Shown here in pieces: positions 36,328 to 46,912 of a DNA stretch of 64,000 bases. The DNA lies in assembly GCF_048267825.1 (NCBI RefSeq), contig NZ_JBLWWR010000009.1, positions 27,443 to 91,442 of the forward strand, written 5' to 3'. A program made the position numbers and the translations under genes. This DNA is from Pseudidiomarina sp. Its GTDB lineage: Bacteria > Pseudomonadota > Gammaproteobacteria > Enterobacterales > Alteromonadaceae. The notes under the pieces are model-generated. The model had not been told where the DNA came from, did not search any database, and saw only the letters and a program-made list of their open reading frames with translations. The stretch's first letter is position 1. Every line of letters begins with the position of its first letter.

Positions 36328-38070
36328 ATGAGCAACGACGAGCTAGCCGGGCTATTTGCGCGCAAAATACTGCAGGGTTTTCATAAGCACTATGCGGTTT
36401 TCCAAGAGGTGACGCGTAATGCGAAGCAGCGTTTTGCCGAAGGCGATTGGCACGCAGGGCAGTATGCAGCAACAGTGCGGATTAGCTTCTATGATCAACG
36501 CGTGCACGAAACCACCACGGCACTGCGTAAGCTAACCGACGATAAACTCAACGAGCAGGCGTGGCTAGCCACGCGACAGCTCTACCAAGAGTTTTTGCAG
36601 TTCCACCCACAAGCGGAATTGGCAGAAACCTTTTATAACTCGGTATTTTGTAATCTGTTTCACCGACGTTACTTTAACAACGCCTACATATTTGTTGAAA
36701 CCACGCTAAGTAATAGCATTCCGTTGGCGCTCGAAACCGAATTCCGTTCCTATTTCCCAGTGGTGCAGGGCATGCGTCGCACCTTGGCGAGAATCATGGG
36801 CGACGTTGATTTCGGTGCGGATTACGATGACCTTTCCGAAGACATCCGCCTGTTACGCAAAGCATTTCGTGATCAAACCGAAGCGGGCAAGCTGTCGGCT
36901 TACCAATTACGCATTGATGTGCTCAAAGAGCCATTTTTTCGTAACAAAGCGGCGTATGTAGTCGGGCGCATTGTCAGTGCGAATCGCATTTTCCCGTTTA
37001 TTGTGCCGGTACTTCGAACGCCGCAAGGCAAGTTGTATTTAGACGCACTGATTACCAACACCGATGAAATGGCCATCATCTTTGGTTTTGCGCGCTCGTA
37101 CTTTATGGTGCACACCCGCGCGCCATCGGCATTGGTGCGATTTTTAAAAGACTTAATGCCGAATAAAACGCTGGCGGAACTGTATTCTGCCATAGGCTTA
37201 CACAAACAAAGTAAAACTGAGTTCTATCGTGATTTTCTGCATCATTTAGAAGCCAGTGATGATCAGCTGGTGGCTGCAGCGGGTATTAAGGGCATGGTCA
37301 TGACCGTGTTCACGCTGCCTTCGTATCCGTATGTTTTTAAGGTCATTAAAGATGAGTTTGGCGGCGGCAAGCAGATGAGCCGGCAAACCGTTATTGATCG
37401 TTACCGCATGGTTAAACGCCACGACCGCGCGGGCCGAATGGCGGACACCTATGAATTTGCGAATGTGGCGATACCGCTTGACCGCATAGCCCCGGATTTA
37501 CTCGAAGAATTACAAACCACCGTAGCGGGAAGCTTAAAAATTGAAGACGGTCAGCTGATTATTAGCCAACTGTTTGTAGAGCGCCGCATGGTGCCGCTGA
37601 ATATCTTCCTTGAGTACGGCACGCCCGCGGAAATTGAAAAGGTCATGAAAGACTACGGCCAAGCCATAAAAGACATGATGGCGGCCAATATATTTCCCGG
37701 CGACATGCTCTTGAAAAACTTTGGACTAACGCGCCACAAACGCGTGGTGTTTTATGATTACGATGAAGTTCAGTACTTAACCGAAATGAACTTTCGTACG
37801 TTACCGAAAGCTGAAACCTACGAACAAATGATTGCCCCTGAGCCGTGGTACACGGTTGCGCCAAATGATGTGTTTCCGGAACAACTGGCGACCTTTGCGG
37901 TGCCACAACCTGAACTGCGTGACTTACTGTTGAAGTTTCATCCGGAGCTTATTGATGCTAAGTTTTGGCAGCAACAGCAAGAACATTTGCGCCAAGGGGT
38001 GATTACCGATGTGTTTCCGTATCCAGAAGCGGTGCGCTTTATGCGTTGTGTACGCACCGCTTCGGAATGA
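36328..38070 (+). CDS. aceK: Isocitrate dehydrogenase kinase/phosphatase
   Basis: 580 aa. The N-terminus ILQGFHKHYAVFQEVTRNAKQRFAEGDW parallels E. coli AceK [28 protein letters not shown]. The length matches. Confidence 0.85.
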   Translation: MSNDELAGLFARKILQGFHKHYAVFQEVTRNAKQRFAEGDWHAGQYAATVRISFYDQRVHETTTALRKLTDDKLNEQAWLATRQLYQEFLQFHPQAELAETFYNSVFCNLFHRRYFNNAYIFVETTLSNSIPLALETEFRSYFPVVQGMRRTLARIMGDVDFGADYDDLSEDIRLLRKAFRDQTEAGKLSAYQLRIDVLKEPFFRNKAAYVVGRIVSANRIFPFIVPVLRTPQGKLYLDALITNTDEMAIIFGFARSYFMVHTRAPSALVRFLKDLMPNKTLAELYSAIGLHKQSKTEFYRDFLHHLEASDDQLVAAAGIKGMVMTVFTLPSYPYVFKVIKDEFGGGKQMSRQTVIDRYRMVKRHDRAGRMADTYEFANVAIPLDRIAPDLLEELQTTVAGSLKIEDGQLIISQLFVERRMVPLNIFLEYGTPAEIEKVMKDYGQAIKDMMAANIFPGDMLLKNFGLTRHKRVVFYDYDEVQYLTEMNFRTLPKAETYEQMIAPEPWYTVAPNDVFPEQLATFAVPQPELRDLLLKFHPELIDAKFWQQQQEHLRQGVITDVFPYPEAVRFMRCVRTASE

Positions 38071-38080
38071 ACGTTAGTGG

Positions 38081-39520
38081 TTAGTGGTTAAAGACGGTAA
38101 ATAAGCTCTCGTTCAGCCACATGTGGGCCAGAATACTGACCGTGTAACCGAGTGCGATAACCGGGGTCCATTTTAGGTGGCTGGCGAAGGTGTAATAGCC
38201 ACGTGCTTGACCCATCAGCGCCACACCTGCGGCGGAACCAATCGACAACAAGCTACCACCGGTACCCGCTGTTAACGTAACCAGCAACCATTGGCCATGC
38301 GACATTTCGGGCTGCATAGAAAGCACTGCGAACATAACCGGAATGTTATCAATAATCGCCGACATCAGGCCCAACGCAACGTTTGCGAATGTCGGGTTCC
38401 AGCCCAGATACAGCGTGTTTGATAGCAGTGACAGGTAGCCCATAAAGCCAAGCCCGCCAACACAAATAACAATGCCGTAGAAGAATAACAGGGTATCCCA
38501 CTCCGCGCGTTGCACCCGGTTAAATACGTCAAACGGTACCACACTACCAAGGCGTTCAAGCCGGGCCATGTCGCCCGCGCGTTCAGCCATGGCACGCTTA
38601 CGAGCGAGTGAGCCCGGCAGTGTCATACGCAAGAAATACCCGAAGAATTGGAGGTAACCTAACCCCATCATCATGCCCAGTACGGGCGGCAGGTGCAGCC
38701 ACATGTGGCACGCCACAGCAGTTGCTATGGTTAGCAAAAACAAGGTGGTGATTCGTAGTGCGCCACGCTTGAGTTCAACTTCTTCGTAGATGGATGACGG
38801 CTTACGGTCTTCGATAAAGAAGCTCATAATCACCGCTGGCACCAAGTAGTTCAGCAGTGACGGAATAAATAGTACAAAGAATTCCTGGAATTGCACCATG
38901 CCGGCTTGCCATACCATTAGCGTGGTAATGTCGCCGAAGGGGCTAAAGGCGCCGCCAGCGTTCGCCGCAATAACAATGCTCACGCATGAAACACTGATGA
39001 ACTTTTTATCGCCGTCAGCAACTTTCATGACTACGGCACACATCAGCAAGGCGGTTGTTAAGTTGTCGGCAACTGGCGAGATAAAAAAGGCGAGAAAGCC
39101 CGTCAGCCAAAACAGTTGTTTATAGGTAAACCCTTTCTTGATCATCCATGCGCGCAAGCCATCAAATAAACGGCGTTCTTCCATGGCGTTGATGTAAGTC
39201 ATAGCGACCAGCAAGAACAGCATTAATTCGGCAAACTCAAGCAGGTTATGCCGAAACGCAACTTCAGCAACGCCTGGCATGTCGTTTTGCATATACACAA
39301 AACCAATCATCATCCAGATTAAGCCAGCAGCAACCAACACCGGCTTAGACTTGCGCATATGCAAACGTTCTTCGCCCATAACCAGTATGTAAGCGACGGT
39401 GAAAATGATAATCGCGGCGATGCCGACATTAGCTGTCGTCAAATCAAGTTGACCAGCGGCAGCAAAGGCAGCAGGAGAAAAGAGGCTTGCGCCCAATAGC
39501 AACAACAGTAGTTTCCACAT
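38081..39520 (-). CDS. nhaD: NhaD-type Na+/H+ antiporter
   Basis: 479 aa and polytopic, with a signal-like N-terminus. The overall sequence resembles Vibrio NhaD (ArsB/NhaD permease superfamily). Confidence 0.7.
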   Translation of the reverse strand: MWKLLLLLLGASLFSPAAFAAAGQLDLTTANVGIAAIIIFTVAYILVMGEERLHMRKSKPVLVAAGLIWMMIGFVYMQNDMPGVAEVAFRHNLLEFAELMLFLLVAMTYINAMEERRLFDGLRAWMIKKGFTYKQLFWLTGFLAFFISPVADNLTTALLMCAVVMKVADGDKKFISVSCVSIVIAANAGGAFSPFGDITTLMVWQAGMVQFQEFFVLFIPSLLNYLVPAVIMSFFIEDRKPSSIYEEVELKRGALRITTLFLLTIATAVACHMWLHLPPVLGMMMGLGYLQFFGYFLRMTLPGSLARKRAMAERAGDMARLERLGSVVPFDVFNRVQRAEWDTLLFFYGIVICVGGLGFMGYLSLLSNTLYLGWNPTFANVALGLMSAIIDNIPVMFAVLSMQPEMSHGQWLLVTLTAGTGGSLLSIGSAAGVALMGQARGYYTFASHLKWTPVIALGYTVSILAHMWLNESLFTVFNH

Positions 39521-39608
39521 GAGTCGTTATTCCTTCAACATGGGAGGCCGTAAGGGTTGAACAGCTTGATTTTTGGGGTGAGCTGCTCAGGCGGGCGAAT
39601 ACTACCAC

Positions 39609-39642
39609 AAAAAAGCCGCCAAACACCTGTGTTCAGCGGCTT
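39609..39642 (-). terminator. Rho-independent terminator after aceA
   Basis: The minus strand reads AAGCCGC-tgaacacaggtgtttg-GCGGCTTTTTTGTGG. Confidence 0.7.
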
Positions 39643-39693
39643 ATGCAGAGAATTTTCAGAGGTAATTCTTAAGGGGTATTTGTAAACCAATAA

Positions 39694-41040
<1,347 letters not shown>

Positions 41041-41064
41041 CCTGTTTCGTTTAAGTTGTTGTTA

Positions 41065-42675
41065 TTAATTGAGCAGCGCGTAGCCGGGCAGGGTCAGAAA
41101 CTCAACCAAGTCGTCTGCTGTTGTTATCTGTTCAAGAAGTTGTGTTGCTTGTTCAAAGTGTTCTTGGTTCCAGCGCTGGTCGCCAACTTCTTTGCGCACA
41201 ACCTTGGCTTCGTCGGCTAAGTAATCGCGAAATAGTTGCTTGGTGACAACTTCGCCGTTATCGAGCGTCATTTGGTGTTTTATCCACTGCCAGATGCTGG
41301 TGCGGGAAATTTCTGCCGTGGCCGCGTCTTCCATTAAGCCGTAAATGGGCACGCAGCCTTTGCCGGAAATCCAGGCAGCGATGTACTGCAAGGCAACCCG
41401 GATATTGGTGCGCATACCAAGCTCGGTGCGAGGGCCGGAGCAGGGGGCAAGCAAGTGTTCGGCTGTAACAGGTTGGTCGTGCTCACGTAACACATGCAAC
41501 TGATTGTTACCGTTTAGGCCGTCGACAAATACTTCACGCACGGTTGCGGCTAACCCTGGGTGCGCTATCCATGTGCCGTCATGGCCATTGGTACGTTCGA
41601 GTTCTTTGTCAGCTTTTACCTTGGCGAGTATTTTCGCGTTCTCGTCCGGGTCTTTGCTTGGAATAAACGCCGCCATGCCGCCCATTGCTAATGCGCCACG
41701 GCGATGACAGGTTTTAACCAGCAACCGCGAGTAAGCATTAAGAAATGGCTGATCCATCGTCACCACTTGGCGGTCAGGCAGAACGCGGTCGGGATGATTC
41801 TTCAGGGTTTTGATGTAGCTAAAAATATAATCCCAGCGGCCGCAGTTTAGCGCCACGATGTGGTCTTTCATGGCCTGCAGTATTTCGTCCATCTGAAAAA
41901 CCGCGGGAAGGGTTTCAATTAAAATAGTGGCGCGAATGGTGCCTCGGGGTTGCTTAAAGTAGTCTTCGGTAAACCGAAACACATCCGCCCACCACTGTGC
42001 TTCGTCGCTGTGTTCTAACTTCGGAATGTAGTAATAAACGCCGGTGTTGTTCTTTAGACGTTGTTGAAAATTCAGACAAAAATACAATGCGAAGTCGACC
42101 AAGCCGCCCGGTGCCGCTTCGTTATCAACCAGCACGTGTTTTTCGGGAAGGTGAAGGCCCCGAACCCGGGCAATCAATAACGCAGGGTTGTCGTTAAGTT
42201 GGTAGTACTTGCCTGAAGCGGGGTCGGTATAATCAAGTTGGCCGCGGTTGGCATCGTACAAATTCACTTGCCCCTGCAACAAGCCTTCCCAGGTTGGCGA
42301 CTGCGAATCTTCAAAGTCTGCCATGTAGCAATCAACGTTCGCGTTGAGCGCGTTAATCACCATTTTGCGGTCAACCGGGCCGGTAATTTCCACACGGCGT
42401 TTGGTAAGGTCTTCAGGGAGTTGGGCAACACGCCAGTCGCTGTCACGAATGGTCTTCGTAGCGGGGTCAAAATCGGGCAACCTGCCATCGTCAATGTATT
42501 GCTGACGTTTAGCTCTTGCCCCCAGCACCGCGTGCAATTGCGGGCGAAACTTACGTGTGAGTGCAACTAAGAATTCTTGCGTGGTTTTATTGATTAATGC
42601 TGCGCTGGCATCGTTTAACGGCGGCAGTTGCAGGCCATCAATGGCTGTTGCGCTTGGCTTATTTGAGTCGGTCAT
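41065..42675 (-). CDS. aceB: Malate synthase A
   Basis: 536 aa with ADFEDSQSPTW and the GALAMGGMAAFIPSKD motif. It is directly upstream of aceA. Confidence 0.95.
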   Translation of the reverse strand: MTDSNKPSATAIDGLQLPPLNDASAALINKTTQEFLVALTRKFRPQLHAVLGARAKRQQYIDDGRLPDFDPATKTIRDSDWRVAQLPEDLTKRRVEITGPVDRKMVINALNANVDCYMADFEDSQSPTWEGLLQGQVNLYDANRGQLDYTDPASGKYYQLNDNPALLIARVRGLHLPEKHVLVDNEAAPGGLVDFALYFCLNFQQRLKNNTGVYYYIPKLEHSDEAQWWADVFRFTEDYFKQPRGTIRATILIETLPAVFQMDEILQAMKDHIVALNCGRWDYIFSYIKTLKNHPDRVLPDRQVVTMDQPFLNAYSRLLVKTCHRRGALAMGGMAAFIPSKDPDENAKILAKVKADKELERTNGHDGTWIAHPGLAATVREVFVDGLNGNNQLHVLREHDQPVTAEHLLAPCSGPRTELGMRTNIRVALQYIAAWISGKGCVPIYGLMEDAATAEISRTSIWQWIKHQMTLDNGEVVTKQLFRDYLADEAKVVRKEVGDQRWNQEHFEQATQLLEQITTADDLVEFLTLPGYALLN

Positions 42676-42842
42676 AATCTGTCCACTTGTTGTTCATGTG
42701 TTAACGATTACAGGCTAGACCCAAACAGGCGTATTCTACAAATGAATGAATAAAATTATGACCATTCACGGTGATTATGTGTGTATTTTTGAAACGAGGC
42801 GATCATGCAGGCGCGTTTATAAAGAGGGAGTAAGCGGAAGGT

Positions 42843-42874
42843 TTAAAACGAAAACGCCCTTATAGAAGGGCGTT
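42843..42874 (-). terminator. Rho-independent terminator of the SDR gene
   Basis: The minus strand reads AACGCCCTT-ctat-AAGGGCGTTTTCGTTTT. Confidence 0.7.
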
Positions 42875-42895
42875 ATTGATGGAAGCGACTGTCGA

Positions 42896-43687
42896 CTATT
42901 TCATTCGTGAATAGAGCAGTTTTTGATACCAGCTACGCGGCAACCAGCGTTTCATGTACCAAGCTAAGCGACCTTGACGATGCGGCAGCACATGGCTTTT
43001 CTTTTTATCCACGGCCTTCATGATCAAACGCGCAATATCAACCGCATTGAGTTTACTTGAGCTCATCAGTTTATCCACCTTCTGCTCAATGCCATCAATG
43101 GTGGAGCGCATGCCCTGATTCAAATTGGTTTTAAAGAAACTTGGGCACACCACGGTGACATGAATATTATCGTTCACCAATTCGTTTTGCAGCGTTTCTG
43201 ACAGGCTAACTACTGCTGCTTTGGTCGCGTTGTAAGCGCTCATGTTTGGCACATCTAACAGGCCGGCCATAGAAGCAATGTTCACAAAGTGCCCCGAGCC
43301 TTGCTGTTTAAATAGCGGTGTGAAAACCTTGCAACCGCGCACCACACCAAGCAAGTTAATATCGATAATCCACTGCCAGTCAGTGAGTGTGGTATCGGAA
43401 ATCTTACCCACTTGTGCCACGCCAGCATTGTTGACCACAACATCAATACCACCCCATTTTTCAGTGAGGGTTTTCGCCACCTGTTCTAGGTCACTCATAC
43501 GGGTTACGTCGCAGGGCAGAAACATGGCCTTTGGTTGCCATTTCTGCAGGCTACCGATTACGGCTTCACCGCGCTCAATATCACGATCGCCAATGCACAC
43601 CTGCCAGCCACCTTTTGCACATATTTGTGCAAGCGCAAAGCCCAAGCCACTGGCGCCGCCAGTGATGAATATTCGTTGTGGTTTCAT
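42896..43687 (-). CDS. Short-chain dehydrogenase/reductase (SDR) family oxidoreductase
   Basis: ITGGASGLGFALA (TGxxxGxG), NNAG, and YNATKAAV (YxxxK). Confidence 0.85.
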   Translation of the reverse strand: MKPQRIFITGGASGLGFALAQICAKGGWQVCIGDRDIERGEAVIGSLQKWQPKAMFLPCDVTRMSDLEQVAKTLTEKWGGIDVVVNNAGVAQVGKISDTTLTDWQWIIDINLLGVVRGCKVFTPLFKQQGSGHFVNIASMAGLLDVPNMSAYNATKAAVVSLSETLQNELVNDNIHVTVVCPSFFKTNLNQGMRSTIDGIEQKVDKLMSSSKLNAVDIARLIMKAVDKKKSHVLPHRQGRLAWYMKRWLPRSWYQKLLYSRMK

Positions 43688-43722
43688 TTATTATCCTTGT
43701 TGTCGCGCCGTTTAACGTTTAA

Positions 43723-45006
43723 TTAGGGTGCCAGAGAAGCAGACACTGGGCGATCAATAAGCTGCCGTAATGACATTGAAGCATAACCCGTTAATTGCTT
43801 AAATGCAGCAAAATAGGTTTCAGAATCAGCGGGTTCACCATCGTTCACTAACTGTGAATAGGCCGCCCACAAGGTATAGATACCATCTTCAACGCCATTA
43901 GCTTTCAGTTGCACGTGCAGCTCGGCGTTCGCCACTAAACCGCAGGTGTAATGGGCTCTAAAGTTTACACGGCCGACGTCGACAAACTCCTCGCTGACCG
44001 GCCAGGTGGATGTGCACTCAAGTTGGGCGCCTTCTATGGCGCGTTGCAGCAACGCACTGCCTTGTTTCAGTTTACTGTCGGCATACAAATAGGCCATTAA
44101 TTCGGCTGCGCCTTCATGTATCCAGGCCTCCTCAGGGCTTGAATAGCGCAGTCCCACACCTTGAAACAGGTGCGCTATTTCATGGGCAAAAAACCACAAG
44201 GTGTTCTGCTCATCGAGGTTGTCGAGTGCGCCCTTGCCATACCAATGCATGAATACCTGATCAGGTAAAACGCCACCTTGGTGGCCATAGAAATCACCTT
44301 CATAGGGACTATACGATGCGAATAGTGTGGGTGTTTGTGACAAACCACCAAGCTGCTTGGTGAAGTAGCTCATGATCATGGGCAGCTCAGTGATCAACTC
44401 ATTCTGCAACGAGTTGGGTAATATCGGGTCAATAACGGCCACCAGTGCGGAGAAGGTTTCAGGAGGCTGGGTGCCGACATAAATTGCCCGGCCACTATCT
44501 CGGTCAAGCCACTCATGAGTTTGCAAATATTGTTGCCCGTCAATCAACAGGTAATCACCGGTGCTTATGGTAATCGCCATGGGCCATTCGTGATGGGCTT
44601 TCGAGCAATCGTTGGCACAGGCAAAAAAGCGCGCGGTGTGAACCAACATGCCACCATTACTGAACGGCGAAAATGGCGCGTAGTCTTTTGGCAGCGGGGT
44701 ATAGGTTGCATCAAGAACAAAAGAAACCTCACTGAACGGTTGCCCATCAATGCTGGTAATTACTTCAGAACCGTTTTGCAGGCGTATCTGTGTATTTGAG
44801 TCAAGTGGCCGCCAGCGCTCGCTGCGGCTGTTATCGGGCGAGCGAACAAACTCCAGTTGAGTCACAGGTTCATTGAGACTGTAGGTAACGGTCCAGCCCA
44901 GATCAGATTTATTGAGGGTGATTAAGCGGATACCAGAGGCTGGCGGCGCTATCAATAACAGCACAAGCAAAATAACAGCAGCAATTGCAATAAAATAGCG
45001 CATCAT
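43723..45006 (-). CDS. Membrane-anchored or secreted gluzincin-type metallopeptidase-like protein
   Basis: Has an N-terminal hydrophobic helix. The HEIAH motif is followed 19 aa later by WIHEGAAE (HExxH...E). Confidence 0.55.
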   Translation of the reverse strand: MMRYFIAIAAVILLVLLLIAPPASGIRLITLNKSDLGWTVTYSLNEPVTQLEFVRSPDNSRSERWRPLDSNTQIRLQNGSEVITSIDGQPFSEVSFVLDATYTPLPKDYAPFSPFSNGGMLVHTARFFACANDCSKAHHEWPMAITISTGDYLLIDGQQYLQTHEWLDRDSGRAIYVGTQPPETFSALVAVIDPILPNSLQNELITELPMIMSYFTKQLGGLSQTPTLFASYSPYEGDFYGHQGGVLPDQVFMHWYGKGALDNLDEQNTLWFFAHEIAHLFQGVGLRYSSPEEAWIHEGAAELMAYLYADSKLKQGSALLQRAIEGAQLECTSTWPVSEEFVDVGRVNFRAHYTCGLVANAELHVQLKANGVEDGIYTLWAAYSQLVNDGEPADSETYFAAFKQLTGYASMSLRQLIDRPVSASLAP

Positions 45007-45235
45007 ATTTTTCCTTTAACCACGTTTCATCTTTCAATGTAGCACCACGATGGGTCTCGCTCCACGAGAAAGTGTAAGCAGTCGTGAGCCTTTCACGACT
45101 TTTACGATGACAGTTCTGTTGCGGTTCAGTGAATCTTTCATGACATCAAGAATTTGTCACAAATTTGTCATGGCTTATCACTAATCTGCCTGCGTCGTTT
45201 AATTACTTACATACGTTCCTATCCGGGAGAACACA

Positions 45236-46834
45236 ATGAACTTGCAAACCCTTTTCAAAATTACAGCAATCGCTTCTGCTTTGGCCCTTGCTGGTTGTGG
45301 CGGTGATATTGAAGTAAACCCAACTGTTAATGACAACAGTGTGAATAACTCAAACAACACTTCAGGCGGCGGTGACACGCCAACTGACCCGACTGGTGAT
45401 AACTTATGCGCTAGCTACAATGGTTTGCAGGGCGCTTTTGATGGTCGCGACTGTGAATACAATTTAGAATTCGCAAGCCGTAACGTTCAAATCACCGAAG
45501 ACTTAACTTTTGCCGAACTGCCTGACGGCGGCGTACACGTATTTGATGGCGCGTTATTGATTGGTGAAGATTGTGATACCACCACAACTTGTACTATCAA
45601 TGAAACTGGCCCTGTGGTTACGGTTGAGCCAGGCGCAACGTTAGCTTTCACCAGTGGTGAAGCGATTGTTCGTGTTGCTCGCGGCGCTAAGCTTAATGCG
45701 ATTGGTACCTTCGCTAAACCAGTTACCTTCACTTCAGCAAACGCATTCACGCGTTTTGACGTAGTTGGTAATGGCCCGCGTTTTGCGGATTGGGGTGGCA
45801 TTATCGTAAACGGCCAAGGTATTACCAACCAATGTACCGATGCGCAACGTGACGCAAACACCTGTAACGTTTCTTCAGAAGGTATCGTGAGCTACTACGG
45901 CGGTAACGATAACGCTGATGATAGCGGCTCAATGAAATACGCAAAAATCTGGTACGCAGGTTCAGGCCCACGTGCTGGCGGTGACGGCGATGACTTGAAC
46001 TCACTGACCTTAAACGCAGTTGGTTCTGGCTCTTCATACGAATACGTTCACATTCATCAAGGTTACGATGACGGCATTGAGTTTTTCGGCGGCGCCGCTA
46101 ACGTGAAACGTGTTGTATTTACTGATACGCAAGACGATTCAATGGATATCGATGCAGGTTGGCAAGGTAATGCCCAGTTCTTGTACATCAAACACGGCAC
46201 TGTAAACGTAGACGGTACTGACGTATTTATGGGTAACGGCGGCTTTGAAGCTGACGGCGAGAAAAACTCAGGCCCTGAATACTCACAAGCGCCAACGTCA
46301 CGTCCAACTATCGCGAACGTAACTGTTGTAACGACCGATGGTTTATCAACCCGTGACAACGACCCATCAACTGCAATGAAGTTTGATGATAACTTCCAGG
46401 GTCAACTCTACAACTTCCTGTTAGTAAAAGACGATGTTGCGACCAACGACACCCGTTGCATCTTGTTCACCGGTGACGGCGAGTTAGGTGTAGTAGCTGA
46501 CGGCTTGAACTTCTTCAGCTCAGCAATGGCTTGTGTTGCAGAAAACGAGTTTACTTCAGCTGCATTGTTACCTGATGGTTCAACCCGTCAAGAATGGTTT
46601 GACAACGGTGGTTTGAACGCACGTTTAGGTGGTAACGCTACAGTATTTGCTGCAGACGGTTTTGCGACTGACATGACTTCTGCTGACATTACTGTTACTG
46701 CCGATGACTTAAGTGCTTTAGGTAACGACTACTTCGAAACCGTTGATTACATTGGTGCGGTATCTAGCGATGACACATCATCTGAATGGTATCAGTGGGT
46801 TGAAGCTGCGTTAGCTGCTGCAGAACAAGACTAA
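45236..46834 (+). CDS. Lipoprotein of unknown function, paired with a TonB-dependent receptor
   Basis: Lipobox ALALAGC. The protein is rich in G/D/N/T and lies 72 nt upstream of the receptor gene. Confidence 0.7.
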   Translation: MNLQTLFKITAIASALALAGCGGDIEVNPTVNDNSVNNSNNTSGGGDTPTDPTGDNLCASYNGLQGAFDGRDCEYNLEFASRNVQITEDLTFAELPDGGVHVFDGALLIGEDCDTTTTCTINETGPVVTVEPGATLAFTSGEAIVRVARGAKLNAIGTFAKPVTFTSANAFTRFDVVGNGPRFADWGGIIVNGQGITNQCTDAQRDANTCNVSSEGIVSYYGGNDNADDSGSMKYAKIWYAGSGPRAGGDGDDLNSLTLNAVGSGSSYEYVHIHQGYDDGIEFFGGAANVKRVVFTDTQDDSMDIDAGWQGNAQFLYIKHGTVNVDGTDVFMGNGGFEADGEKNSGPEYSQAPTSRPTIANVTVVTTDGLSTRDNDPSTAMKFDDNFQGQLYNFLLVKDDVATNDTRCILFTGDGELGVVADGLNFFSSAMACVAENEFTSAALLPDGSTRQEWFDNGGLNARLGGNATVFAADGFATDMTSADITVTADDLSALGNDYFETVDYIGAVSSDDTSSEWYQWVEAALAAAEQD

Positions 46835-46912
46835 TAGAACTTGTTGTAAAGCAACGTATGGCGGGCATGTTCACTAACATGCCCGCTGTTCAACATAACG
46901 CAGGAGTTGATT

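Noticed and set aside
43242-43715. A 157-aa plus-strand ORF.
   Set aside because: It is antisense to the well-supported SDR gene and is rich in Cys/Ser/Pro, as expected for the reverse frame of a GC-rich gene.
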